Positions 7,167 to 15,886 of a stretch of 32,622 bases of DNA are shown here, piece after piece. Location of the stretch: positions 1 to 32,622 of the forward strand of contig JBFMAE010000356.1 of NCBI GenBank assembly GCA_040756085.1, read 5' to 3'. A program made the position numbers and the translations under genes. A model generated the notes under the pieces. The model was not told the origin of the DNA. It ran no database searches and worked only from the letters and a program-made list of their open reading frames with translations. The DNA comes from Thermodesulfobacteriota bacterium (GTDB lineage Bacteria > Desulfobacterota > BSN033 > UBA1163). How positions within the stretch are numbered: the first letter of the stretch is position 1; every line of letters starts with the position of its first letter.

Positions 7167-9521
7167 TCATAACTGCAGTATTTCCTTCAGCAGCGCCATT
7201 GCTACATCTTTTGATTTCTCACCGACCTCTTTGGTCGGACCCACACAGGAAGGACATCCACTGTGGCACTCACACCTGGAGATGAGCCTCAGGGTTTTTT
7301 CAAGAAGTATTCGGGTGTCATCGAAGAGCTGGTGGCTGAACCCCATACCGCCCGGATAGTTATCGTAGAGAAAGAGAGTGGGTTCAAAAAGATCCATCTT
7401 TTCCAAAGGAATTTCCTCGGGGGCATTAAAGGAAGAATAGATCCCTTTGGAATCCATCGAAAGTCGGATGAACCACTTCGCCCCTCGATCACCCACGCAT
7501 CGATTAATGTCATGAGGGTCGGACATCAGGTGAAGGGAAGCCATGGAATGGAAAGCATAGCCGAGCCCTAATACGCCATCGATAATTTCAAAGCGATGAT
7601 AGGGAAGTTTTTCCACAAGCTCTCTCTGAAAAGTGATCCAGTAAGAGGTCGTATGGAACTGGAGATCAGGAAGTTCAATCTTTCCATACCCTAAGTTTTC
7701 GAGGGTATAGAACTTGATCTTTTTAAACCCGACAATACGTGTGGCAACTTTAACCTCGCCATGCTCAAAGACGAAGCCCCTTCCCGGTTTCCTCTCAAAT
7801 CCCTCCAGTATGGAAACATCGGTATAGTCGATCGCATCGGTGTAGTAGTCCCCGTGGGTCTTCTTGACGTATGCCTTACGATGAGTGTAATCGAGTTTTT
7901 CTACCAGATAGGGTTCTGATTCGCAGAGATAGACAGCCCCTTCATAAAGAGTGGTATGGGCACCGGTGAAGTCGACCTCTGCGATCACCTCTTCTTTCTT
8001 TTTCGTCGTATCGACCACGACAAAGTTCTCCTCCGAGGTGGAGCGGAGGCTGACCTTCTCCGCCGGATAGGCATCCTGGGTCCAATACCAATGCTCGCCT
8101 GTATGACGGAGCATTCCTTTTTCTTCGAGGTATTTCAACATCTCCTCCAGATCTTCTCCTCCAAAGCGTTCTCCATCTCTGAAGGGAAGTTCAAAAGCAG
8201 CACACTGAATATGGCTGAGCAGGATGAGGAGATTGTCCGGGTTAACCAATCCATGCTCCGGGGATCTTCCGAAGAAATAGTCCGGGTTTTCGATGATGAA
8301 TTGATCCAGGGGCTGGCTTCGGGCGATGAGGACCGCCACTGACTTTTCTGATCGCCTTCCCACCCTTCCTGCCTGCTGATAGGTGCTGGCGATCGTGCCA
8401 GGATAGCCTGCGATCAGACAGGCCTCCAGATCCCCGATGTCGATCCCGAGTTCAAGGGCATTGGTGGAGACGACCGCCCTGACCTTCTTTTCCCTCAATC
8501 CCTTTTCGATCTCTCTTCGAACTTTTGGAAGATAGCCGCCTCGATATCCCCGGATGGTTCCCTTTTCTTCCAGCCTCTTCTCAAACCCATCTTTCAAATA
8601 CTTCGTTAAAACCTCGACTTGGAGCCGACTGGTGGCAAAGAGAATGGTCTGAATCCCCTCTTTAACAAAGGGCGAAGCCAGCCGTTTGGCTGCTTTGACA
8701 TGACTTCCACGGATGCCCAGTTCCTTGTTGACCACCGGTGGATTGTAGAAGATGAAAATCTTCTCGGAAGACGGGGCTCCACTTTGATCGATCAAGTAGA
8801 CCTCCCTTTCCAGGAGCCTTTCGGCCAGCTCCTTCGGGTTGGCAATTGTCGCAGAGCAGCAGATGAACTGAGGTTTGGATCCATAGAAACGGCAGATTCG
8901 ATCTAACCGCCTCAAGACATTGGTCATATGAGAACCGAAGACACCCCGGTAAGTGTGGAGTTCATCGATCACTACAAATTTCAGATTCTGGAAGAAAGAC
9001 ATCCATTTCGTATGATGAGGTAAGATCCCTGTGTGAAGCATATCGGGATTGGTGATGACAATATCCCCCTGGGTACGAATCGCCTGCCGGGCATTCGGGG
9101 GAGTATCTCCATCGTAGGTAAAAGTGGTCACCGGTTTTTCGATCTGGTTGATCAAGTCTTGGAGTTCGAACATCTGGTCCTGGGAAAGGGCTTTCGTGGG
9201 AAAGAGGTAAAAAGCTTTTAAAAATGGGGTAGTCAGTTTTGAATTCAGCACGGGAAGGTTGTAGCAGAGGGTCTTTCCTGAAGCGGTTGGAGTCACTATC
9301 ACCACATCCTTTCCTGCCTGAACCACTTCAATCGCTTCAGCCTGGTGGGAATAGAGACGCTCGATCCCCTTTTCTTTGAACGCCTCCCTTAAAACGGGGT
9401 GGATGAAGTTTGGAAAAGGGCAATATTGTCCCTCTCCCTTTTTAAAAATTCGCAGGTCGGTGATACAGGGTGAGATGGAACGTGACCGTTTCCAGGATTG
9501 GATGATTTCTTCAATCGACAT
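7167..9521 (-). CDS. DEAD/DEAH helicase with DUF1998 (YprA/MrfA/SftH type)
   Basis: TPTASGKT, DELH, SAT, QQAGRVGR, C-terminal CECHSGCPSC zinc motif. Confidence 0.92.
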   Translation of the reverse strand: MSIEEIIQSWKRSRSISPCITDLRIFKKGEGQYCPFPNFIHPVLREAFKEKGIERLYSHQAEAIEVVQAGKDVVIVTPTASGKTLCYNLPVLNSKLTTPFLKAFYLFPTKALSQDQMFELQDLINQIEKPVTTFTYDGDTPPNARQAIRTQGDIVITNPDMLHTGILPHHTKWMSFFQNLKFVVIDELHTYRGVFGSHMTNVLRRLDRICRFYGSKPQFICCSATIANPKELAERLLEREVYLIDQSGAPSSEKIFIFYNPPVVNKELGIRGSHVKAAKRLASPFVKEGIQTILFATSRLQVEVLTKYLKDGFEKRLEEKGTIRGYRGGYLPKVRREIEKGLREKKVRAVVSTNALELGIDIGDLEACLIAGYPGTIASTYQQAGRVGRRSEKSVAVLIARSQPLDQFIIENPDYFFGRSPEHGLVNPDNLLILLSHIQCAAFELPFRDGERFGGEDLEEMLKYLEEKGMLRHTGEHWYWTQDAYPAEKVSLRSTSEENFVVVDTTKKKEEVIAEVDFTGAHTTLYEGAVYLCESEPYLVEKLDYTHRKAYVKKTHGDYYTDAIDYTDVSILEGFERKPGRGFVFEHGEVKVATRIVGFKKIKFYTLENLGYGKIELPDLQFHTTSYWITFQRELVEKLPYHRFEIIDGVLGLGYAFHSMASLHLMSDPHDINRCVGDRGAKWFIRLSMDSKGIYSSFNAPEEIPLEKMDLFEPTLFLYDNYPGGMGFSHQLFDDTRILLEKTLRLISRCECHSGCPSCVGPTKEVGEKSKDVAMALLKEILQL

Positions 9522-9549
9522 CCGAGGTTCTCCAAAAGAGTGGCTAATA

Positions 9550-9637
9550 AGGGTTCAAGATTCGAGGGTTCATGGGTTTAAGTGTTTTTTTCTAAGATTT
9601 TCACTTGACCCCTCGGCCACTTTACTTCTTGAATCCT
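9550..9637. repeat. Palindromic octamer element (GGTTCAAG family)
   Basis: GGGTTCAAGATTCGAGGGTTCATGGGTTTAAGTG ... CACTTGACCCCTCGG...CTTGAATCCT. Confidence 0.7.
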
Positions 9638-9639
9638 AT

Positions 9640-10764
9640 TCAAATTTCTCCTTTCTGATAGGCCTGGAGGAAGGCCTCCACCACTTTCCTGTCAAATTGT
9701 GTCCCGGAACACTTCTTCAGTTCCTCGATCGCATTCTCCCTTTCCATTGCTTTCCGGTAGGGTCGATCCGTGGTCATCGCATCATAGGTGTCGGCGACAG
9801 CCACAATCTTTGCGAGGATGGGGATATTTTCTCCTATCAAACCATCTGGGTAGCCCCTGCCATTGATCTGTTCATGATGGTATTTCACACCGGGAATGAT
9901 CTCTCTGAGTTGCCGGACATGCTTAATGATCTCCGCTCCGATATCGGAATGGCGTTTGATCATATCAAACTCTTGAGGGTTCAACCGTTCCGGTTTTCTG
10001 AGAATCTGATCCTCAATCCCAATCTTTCCGATATCGTGAAGCACAGAGGCGATCTTCAGCCACTTTCTCTCCAGAGGCTTCAACCGGAGGTATTTGGCAA
10101 TGGCCAAGCTATATAACGTCACCCTCTGAGTATGCCCTCCTGTATAGGGGTCTCGTTTCTCAATCGCATCGGCCAAGGACTCCGCTGTTTGAAAGAACAT
10201 CTCCTCCAATTCCTGATAGAGTCGTGAGTTGTCCAGTGCAATAGCCACTTGATCGGCCAGGGAAGTCAGGAGGGTAAGATCCTCCTGGTCAAACTCTTTT
10301 CCTCCCTGCTTATTGATCGCTTCCAGGACTCCGATCACCTTTTCTTTAACCTTGACCGGGACACAGATGAGGTTTCGCGTTTTAAACTCTGTCCTCTCAT
10401 CTACCCCTTTAAAAAATCGGGGGTCCTTCTCAGGGGCATTGACAATCAGTGGCTTTCCATTCTGGGCGACCCATCCTGCGATCCCCTCTCCGATGCTGAG
10501 CGAAATTGTTTTGATATCTTCCTCCCGATCACCCAAGGCCACCTCAAAATAGAGTTGTTGCTTCTCTTCATTGATGAGGAGAAGGGAACTCACTTCTGCT
10601 TTCATCAATTGGGTGGCCGCCTCCACGGCCCTCCTCCGGACCTCTTGTCGGTTCAGTGTGGAGTTGAGAATTTGACTCAATTGTGAGAGCTGGGCAAGCC
10701 TTGAAACTCTTTCTTCGATCCGGTTCAGCTTGGACATCCATTGATCTAAATCAATCTTCTTCAT
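9640..10764 (-). CDS. GAF + HD-GYP domain protein (putative cyclic dinucleotide phosphodiesterase)
   Basis: GAF (GEGIAGWV, GVLEAINK), HTQRV, LHDIGK, HHEQINGRGYP, ADTYDAM. Confidence 0.93.
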   Translation of the reverse strand: MKKIDLDQWMSKLNRIEERVSRLAQLSQLSQILNSTLNRQEVRRRAVEAATQLMKAEVSSLLLINEEKQQLYFEVALGDREEDIKTISLSIGEGIAGWVAQNGKPLIVNAPEKDPRFFKGVDERTEFKTRNLICVPVKVKEKVIGVLEAINKQGGKEFDQEDLTLLTSLADQVAIALDNSRLYQELEEMFFQTAESLADAIEKRDPYTGGHTQRVTLYSLAIAKYLRLKPLERKWLKIASVLHDIGKIGIEDQILRKPERLNPQEFDMIKRHSDIGAEIIKHVRQLREIIPGVKYHHEQINGRGYPDGLIGENIPILAKIVAVADTYDAMTTDRPYRKAMERENAIEELKKCSGTQFDRKVVEAFLQAYQKGEI

Positions 10765-10883
10765 CTCCCTATCTCCTCTTCAAGAGAAATTAACCAATTT
10801 TATCTCCTTTGTCATCAAAAATTTTAAATGTTTGATATTCGATTCTTTTCCTGGTAATAGTAAATTTAGAAAGGAGAGGTATA

Positions 10884-11810
10884 ATGGGACTGTTCACAAA
10901 TAAACATCTGCTCAATCAGGCCCAAAAGGGTGGCTATGCCGTGGGTGCCTTCAACATCAACAATCTGGAGATCCTTCAGGCAATCCTTTCCGCCGGGGAG
11001 GAAGAACGCTCTCCGGCGATTATCGCCGTATCCGAAGGGGCCATCCAATATGCGGGACTGCTTAACATCGTATCAATGGTTCGAACCGCCTCCGAACAAA
11101 CTTCCATTCTTCTCTCCCTCCACCTTGACCATGGAAAGGATCTGGAAGTCATCCGGTCCTGCATCGAGAGTGGGTTTACCTCCGTCATGATCGATGGTTC
11201 CCATCTCGAATTTAAGGAAAACATGGCGATTACAAAAAGGGTGGTGGAGATGGCCAGCCCGAAAGGCGTCTCTGTGGAGGCGGAGTTGGGAAGATTGAAG
11301 GGGATAGAGGACAATGTCTCTGTATCCGAACGGAATGCCATTTTTACCGACCCCCAGGCTGCAGAGGAATTCGTAAAAAAGACCGGAGTGGATGCCCTGG
11401 CCATTGCTATTGGGACATCGCACGGTGCTTACAAATTCAAAGGAGAGGCGAAACTCGACTTCGAACGTCTGAAGGAAATTGCCCGTAGGCTGGATATTCC
11501 CCTGGTCCTTCATGGTGCTTCGGGGGTTCCTAAACCTGTCCTTGAAAAGGCGGAACGGTTCGGTGCCAAACTCCCGGGAGCAAAGGGAATCCCCGATGAG
11601 GCCATTCAAAGGGCGATCTCCCTGGGAATCTGTAAAATCAACATCGACACCGACTTGAGGTTAAGTTTTGTCGGTGCCATTCGGGAAGTGCTCACTCTTA
11701 AACCCGAGGAGTTCGATCCTCGAAAGATATTAGGACCTGGCCGGGAGGCGATCAAGCAAACCGTTCAATCGAAGATGAGGCTTTTTGGAAGTTCCGGCAA
11801 AGCCTTGTAG
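10884..11810 (+). CDS. fba: Fructose-1,6-bisphosphate aldolase class II
   Basis: AVGAFN, LHLDHG, SVMIDGS, VEAELG, GTSHGAYKF, VLHGASG, KINIDTD. Confidence 0.95.
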   Translation: MGLFTNKHLLNQAQKGGYAVGAFNINNLEILQAILSAGEEERSPAIIAVSEGAIQYAGLLNIVSMVRTASEQTSILLSLHLDHGKDLEVIRSCIESGFTSVMIDGSHLEFKENMAITKRVVEMASPKGVSVEAELGRLKGIEDNVSVSERNAIFTDPQAAEEFVKKTGVDALAIAIGTSHGAYKFKGEAKLDFERLKEIARRLDIPLVLHGASGVPKPVLEKAERFGAKLPGAKGIPDEAIQRAISLGICKINIDTDLRLSFVGAIREVLTLKPEEFDPRKILGPGREAIKQTVQSKMRLFGSSGKAL

Positions 11811-11814
11811 AGGC

Positions 11815-12004
11815 AAAATTCGAAGCACGAAAACCCCACCTGCCAAAGAACCTGTTCGGCGGGCAGGCGAAATTCGAAACAATTTCAAATGACTAAAATT
11901 CAAAACAAAAAAAATTAGAAGATGTTTAAAAAAATTTGATCATTTGAATTTCGTATTTGTTTCGCCTGCCTGCCCTGCCTACCGCAGGCAGGGATTTCGG
12001 ATTT
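11815..12004. repeat. Palindromic AAATTCG/CGAATTT heptamer element with nested CCTGCC...GGCAGG inserts
   Basis: AAATTCGAAGCACGAAA...AAATTCGAAAC left arm. Inserts at 11839-11867 and 11965-11992. Confidence 0.75.
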
Positions 12005-12012
12005 TACCAAGG

Positions 12013-12258
12013 TCAATTCTTTCTGAATAAGTTCGTGATCTTCTCTCTCCACTTCTCCATTCGTTCATGGTGGTGGGGATAACGCTCTTCGAGATGTTTC
12101 AAAAAACGTTTTACAAATTCGCTTCGAGAGGAAAGGATGGCCAGACCGATCATGATGAAGAGTAGCCCCTGAAGGATAGGGAGAAAGAGGCCCAGGATTC
12201 CTAACCCGATGAAGAGCCAGCCAATGATCAGAATGCCGAATTTCCTGATTTCATCCAT
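12013..12258 (-). CDS. Small membrane protein (PGPGW-like family)
   Basis: GILGLFLPILQGLLFIMIGLAILS helical hairpin followed by an amphipathic tail. Confidence 0.75.
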   Translation of the reverse strand: MDEIRKFGILIIGWLFIGLGILGLFLPILQGLLFIMIGLAILSSRSEFVKRFLKHLEERYPHHHERMEKWREKITNLFRKN

Positions 12259-12425
12259 TCGATCGATCTTCTTCTTTTTAATTCATATCTTAAACAGTGG
12301 TGGGCTAATCATACATAACTGGTTAATAAAATCAAGCAAAATTTGGTAATCCGTATTCTTCGCCTTTTACAATCCCTTCCTACCTTTTACCTCCCAACCC
12401 GGAGGTGAGGAGAGGAGGGGGAAGG

Positions 12426-12663
12426 TTGCTCTTCATTCAGCACCAAGGCATAATTTAACCAGCCAGTTGCAAAACTGAATTTGTGGGACCGGGCAGGATT
12501 GCTGGAAAAGCCTTATAGCGGCACCTCTGAGAGGAAAGCCTATTGAGGTTTCATGCACATATCAGACATCACCGGAGGTTGAATCGTCGGTTGCCCATAA
12601 AATTTAATAATAACCCGCTTGATAAGGCTTTGGAAGTGACCTTGGTCAGTGAAGACAATGCAA
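12426..12663. ncRNA. Candidate multi-stem structured RNA or element, family unrecognised
   Basis: Nested complementary pairs TCTTCA/TGAAGA, ACCAAGG/CCTTGGT, CCAGC/GCTGG, CAGTT-GCAA-AACTG, AAAGCCTTAT/ATAAGGCTTT, AGCGG/CCGCT. No ORF in the track. Confidence 0.35.
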
Positions 12664-12678
12664 AGTTAAGGTTAACTC

Positions 12679-12709
12679 TTTGAATATTTAAGTTCATTTT
12701 CCGTCTAAA
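12679..12709 (+). promoter_or_regulatory. Putative ECF-sigma autoregulatory promoter
   Basis: TTTGAATA-N14-CCGTCTAAA. CGTC is an ECF-type -10 and the motif recurs at 14439-14470. Confidence 0.6.
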
Positions 12710-12723
12710 GAGGTAAGGGTACG

Positions 12724-13293
12724 GTGAATCAGGAAGAGATGGAGCTGATCTCCAGATGTCAACAAGGGGATCAGGATGCCCTGAAGGAGATCTTCGATCA
12801 GTATCATAAGAAGGTCTACCGGATTGCCTACGGAGTGGTGAGACAACGGGAGGATGCCCTCGATATCGTTCAGGAGGTCTTTATCAAACTATTTCGCTCC
12901 ATCCGGAATTTTAAAGGGAGGTCAAAATTCTACACTTATCTTTATCGGATGGCGGTGAATACGGCTATCGACCACTCTCGAAAGATGGGGAAATTCCCCC
13001 CTTCAAGCCTTGATGAAGAGGGGGCTTTCCAACCATCGGATGAGGTTGAAAAGAGACCAGATCGAATCCTGATTCATAAGGAACTGGAAGAAAAATTGAA
13101 TTTAACAATGAGAAAACTTCCCGTCGATCAGAGAAAGGCTCTCCTCCTGAGGGAGGTGGAGGGTCTTTCCTACAAGGAGATGGCAGAATCGCTGGAATGT
13201 TCTATCGGAACAGTGATGTCCCGTCTTCACTACGGCAGAAAGAGGCTCCAGGAGTTGTTGAGGAACTATTTAGAAGAAGGGGAACGAAAATGA
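12724..13293 (+). CDS. ECF sigma-70 family RNA polymerase sigma factor
   Basis: DALDIVQEVFIK, FYTYLYRMAVN (region 2), LREVEGLSYKEMAESLECSIGTVMSRL (region 4). Confidence 0.95.
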   Translation: MNQEEMELISRCQQGDQDALKEIFDQYHKKVYRIAYGVVRQREDALDIVQEVFIKLFRSIRNFKGRSKFYTYLYRMAVNTAIDHSRKMGKFPPSSLDEEGAFQPSDEVEKRPDRILIHKELEEKLNLTMRKLPVDQRKALLLREVEGLSYKEMAESLECSIGTVMSRLHYGRKRLQELLRNYLEEGERK

Positions 13294-13802
13294 AAGATCT
13301 CTGTTCATCTGTATCTAAACTTTTAGAAAAATATTTTGACCAGGAGGTGACCCAAAAGGAGAGGTCTCTTGTCGAGAAGCACCTTTTAGGTTGCCCCACC
13401 TGCCGGGATACTCTGAAGTCAATGGAGGGGCTTAGAGATATGATCAAAGTCCCTGTTGAAGAGGCTGTCCGGAAGGAGGATTTTCAATGGGTGTGGCAGA
13501 ATATCCAAAGGGAGATCCGGCTCAGAGAAAGGCCAACAGTGTGGGAAACCGTCCGGTCCTGGCTGGACATCTCCCCTCTTTTCCAAAGGAGAATCTGGGT
13601 CCCTATTGCGGCGTCTATGGTCCTCATTATTCTGATCAGCACACCGCTTCTTTTCAAAAAAACCCCTTCCTTTCCAGGCCCATATGTTGTAGAATACGTG
13701 GAAAGCCAAACTCATAATGTCATGATCTATCAATCAGAAAAGTCAAAAGTGACGGTCATATGGCTACTCGAGGGACCGGAGAAGGAGGTATCTCCTTCAT
13801 GA
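13290..13802 (+). CDS. ZAS-type (zf-HC2) transmembrane anti-sigma factor
   Basis: HLLGCPTC (HxxxCxxC), one TM segment, ATGA overlap with the sigma stop. Confidence 0.88.
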   Translation: MKDLCSSVSKLLEKYFDQEVTQKERSLVEKHLLGCPTCRDTLKSMEGLRDMIKVPVEEAVRKEDFQWVWQNIQREIRLRERPTVWETVRSWLDISPLFQRRIWVPIAASMVLIILISTPLLFKKTPSFPGPYVVEYVESQTHNVMIYQSEKSKVTVIWLLEGPEKEVSPS

Positions 13803-14242
13803 GAAGAACAATCTCTTTTCTTATCTCTGTTCTTATCCTTGTTCACTTTTTCACCTCGATGGCCATTGCTCAGATTCAGACCCGATTAAGAGTGATCCGG
13901 GCTTCTAATGTTGGATCGAATGTCGATCCATCCTTAAGGGATGTACACGAGGAGTTAGGATCTCTTTTCAGCTTTACCTCCTACCGTCTTCTAAGGGATG
14001 AAACCCTTAATCTTCCTCCTAACCGACCTGTTTCAATCTCAGCCCGCGAGGGGAGGATAATTATAGAGACCACCTTAGTAGGACTGCATAGGGGTGTTGC
14101 TGAGTTAAAAATAAGAGTCGTCCGTGAAGGAAAGGATATTCTCAACACTCAGGTCAGACTTTCCCCTGGAAGGACGGTCTTAATCGGAGGTCCGAGGCAC
14201 CGTGAAGGCGTCATCATATACGCCCTTTCCGCCCGCTTTTAA
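13799..14242 (+). CDS. Exported hypothetical protein, third gene of the ECF operon
   Basis: ATGA overlap and signal peptide MRRTISFLISVLILVHFFTSMAIA. Confidence 0.8.
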   Translation: MRRTISFLISVLILVHFFTSMAIAQIQTRLRVIRASNVGSNVDPSLRDVHEELGSLFSFTSYRLLRDETLNLPPNRPVSISAREGRIIIETTLVGLHRGVAELKIRVVREGKDILNTQVRLSPGRTVLIGGPRHREGVIIYALSARF

Positions 14243-14248
14243 AATAAT

Positions 14249-14437
14249 GTGACAGTGCTTGCACGCAGTAGTGCTGTCTTGGTCAACCTGTTTCCAAGAC
14301 AAATTCTTTAGCATATGAGATGGCTTTAGGAGGCAGGCGTTTCAGCACGCAGGCATGTCACGTGTCTGTAATCCTTCTACCCTCATTATTCCAACATTCC
14401 CTGTCTGCCGACAGGCAGGCATTATTCCAATATTCCG
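14249..14437. repeat. Compound palindromic region: branched hairpin plus CATTATTC octamers with nested CCTGTCTGCCGACAGGCAGG
   Basis: GTGACA-G-TGCTTGC/GCAGGCA-TGTCAC, GTGCTG/CAGCAC, GTCTTGG/CCAAGAC. Insert at 14400-14419. Confidence 0.6.
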
Positions 14438-14438
14438 A

Positions 14439-14470
14439 TTTGAATAAATATCCTCTTCCCTCCGTCTAAA
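14439..14470 (+). promoter_or_regulatory. Second copy of the putative ECF promoter
   Basis: TTTGAATA-N15-CCGTCTAAA, 35 nt before the 14506 start. Confidence 0.6.
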
Positions 14471-14505
14471 AAGACAAAGCAGATGATCCGAAGGGAGGGA
14501 TTTTT

Positions 14506-14925
14506 ATGGTAAAAAAGTTAATCTCAATGGTTTTGGTTCTAACCCTAATTTCTCTTTTTGCAGTCACCTCTGCGGAGGCGGGGTCAAAAACCCGTCATAG
14601 GTGGCAGGGGGCTGCCATCGCCCTCGGGGCGGTTGCCTTAGGAGGCCTGTTGGTCCATCACCTTCATGCCTATCCGCCACCTCCTCCATCTCATGTTATT
14701 TACATCCCGCCGCCAGAACCTTATTATCCTCCACCACGGGAATATGTGCCGGGGCACTGGAAGATTGTCCGGGAATGGGTACCGGGAACCTGGGAGAGGG
14801 TATGGGTACCGGGTCATTATGATCGCTGGGGGAATTGGGTAGCCGGACATTATGAAGAGCGCCATACTCCTGGACGATATGTGGAGAGAAGGGTCTGGGT
14901 TGAAGGGCACTACAGAAATTACTAA
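14506..14925 (+). CDS. Exported Pro-rich protein with W/YxxGxW/Y repeats
   Basis: Signal peptide, PPPPP tract, YVPGHW, WVPGTW, WVPGHY, WVAGHY, WVEGHY. GGAGG SD. Confidence 0.85.
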   Translation: MVKKLISMVLVLTLISLFAVTSAEAGSKTRHRWQGAAIALGAVALGGLLVHHLHAYPPPPPSHVIYIPPPEPYYPPPREYVPGHWKIVREWVPGTWERVWVPGHYDRWGNWVAGHYEERHTPGRYVERRVWVEGHYRNY

Positions 14926-14939
14926 AAATAAAACATAAG

Positions 14940-14971
14940 TGAAGCCCTGCCGATAATAGTGCAGGGCTTCA
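14940..14971. terminator. 11-bp stem hairpin after the 14506 gene
   Basis: TGAAGCCCTGC-N10-GCAGGGCTTCA. No U-tract, so terminator role is uncertain. Confidence 0.4.
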
Positions 14972-15458
14972 TGGATCACCTTGGCTTCCTCGCCCTTGCG
15001 AAGAGCAATGCCTTTCAGCGCCATTTCCCCCGATATCATAATAATATCTTTTGGGAGTGTTGTTTTTATTTCAATATTTTCATCTCAACTTATTTAAAAA
15101 AGTAGTAAAGAGTGTCCCCAAAATATTTCCAGAAAATCCAAATCCCTGAGAAATAACCAAGAATTTCTTAAGTTGAGCTTGGACCTCCTGCTTCACCTCC
15201 TTTCCTAAATTTTAATCTTACAGACCATGTCAGAATATATTCTCATCTTCCTTCTTAATCATCTCCATGGACAAAAAGAAAACAAATATCAAAGATTAAC
15301 TTTCCCCTTGCTCAATCCAAGATGACAGATCGTGTTCATATTATATTTACAATTGTGGAAGTTTATAATACAATATGTATAATTTTTCATGTTATATAAT
15401 TCATGAAAAATAAAGTGGATATTTATACAGGCCTTTTATGGGGAGGGATTGAGACATA

Positions 15459-15587
15459 ATGAAAATAATTTTAATCGTAATATCATTCTTATTGGTTGGG
15501 TGTATGGCGATACCAAAGAACCCACACGCTGAACTAAATCGAACATTTAGAGTAGGGATAGACTATCCAGGGGAATATCCATACTGA
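15459..15587 (+). CDS. Putative small lipoprotein (42 aa) or lipoprotein gene remnant
   Basis: MKIILIVISFLLVGCMAIPKNPHAELNRTFRVGIDYPGEYPY. Lipobox LVGC, upstream GGAGG. Absent from the ORF track. Confidence 0.45.
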   Translation: MKIILIVISFLLVGCMAIPKNPHAELNRTFRVGIDYPGEYPY

Positions 15588-15886
15588 CGAAATTGGCATA
15601 CGGAGTTTGCGGAGCAAACTCAAATTCTAGGTCATTAAAAAGAAATTTATTAAGGCAGCTAGTATTACTGAATAAGCCACAATTAGTCACTACTAAAGCG
15701 AAAGTTTTAAACTAGAAAAATGTAGTAAAGTAGCAAACATATTTTATAATTTTTAATGAAAGATAGAAGTGACTATAAATATTTCTACCAGAAGTCTTTA
15801 ACCTCAAGAGCTATCACATAATGAGGACTCATAGATTTAATCGGTAATTTTGAATCAATCAATAATCTCTGTTACATCAAATTCGG

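Noticed and set aside
7167-9521. DUF1998 helicase as a DISARM/Druantia defence system
   Set aside because: No methyltransferase, PLD or other defence partners. The YprB-like neighbour fits MrfAB-type repair.
9376-10686. Long plus-strand ORFs antisense to the HD-GYP gene, and similar shadows such as 3261-3848 and 11073-11609
   Set aside because: Shadow frames of well-supported genes on the opposite strand.
12495-12600. Group I intron (ATTGCTGGAA), c-di-GMP-I or glycine riboswitch
   Set aside because: Only isolated short resemblances. Partner elements (Q/R/S, GGCAAAC...GACGCAAAGC, CCGAAG...CTCAGG) are absent.
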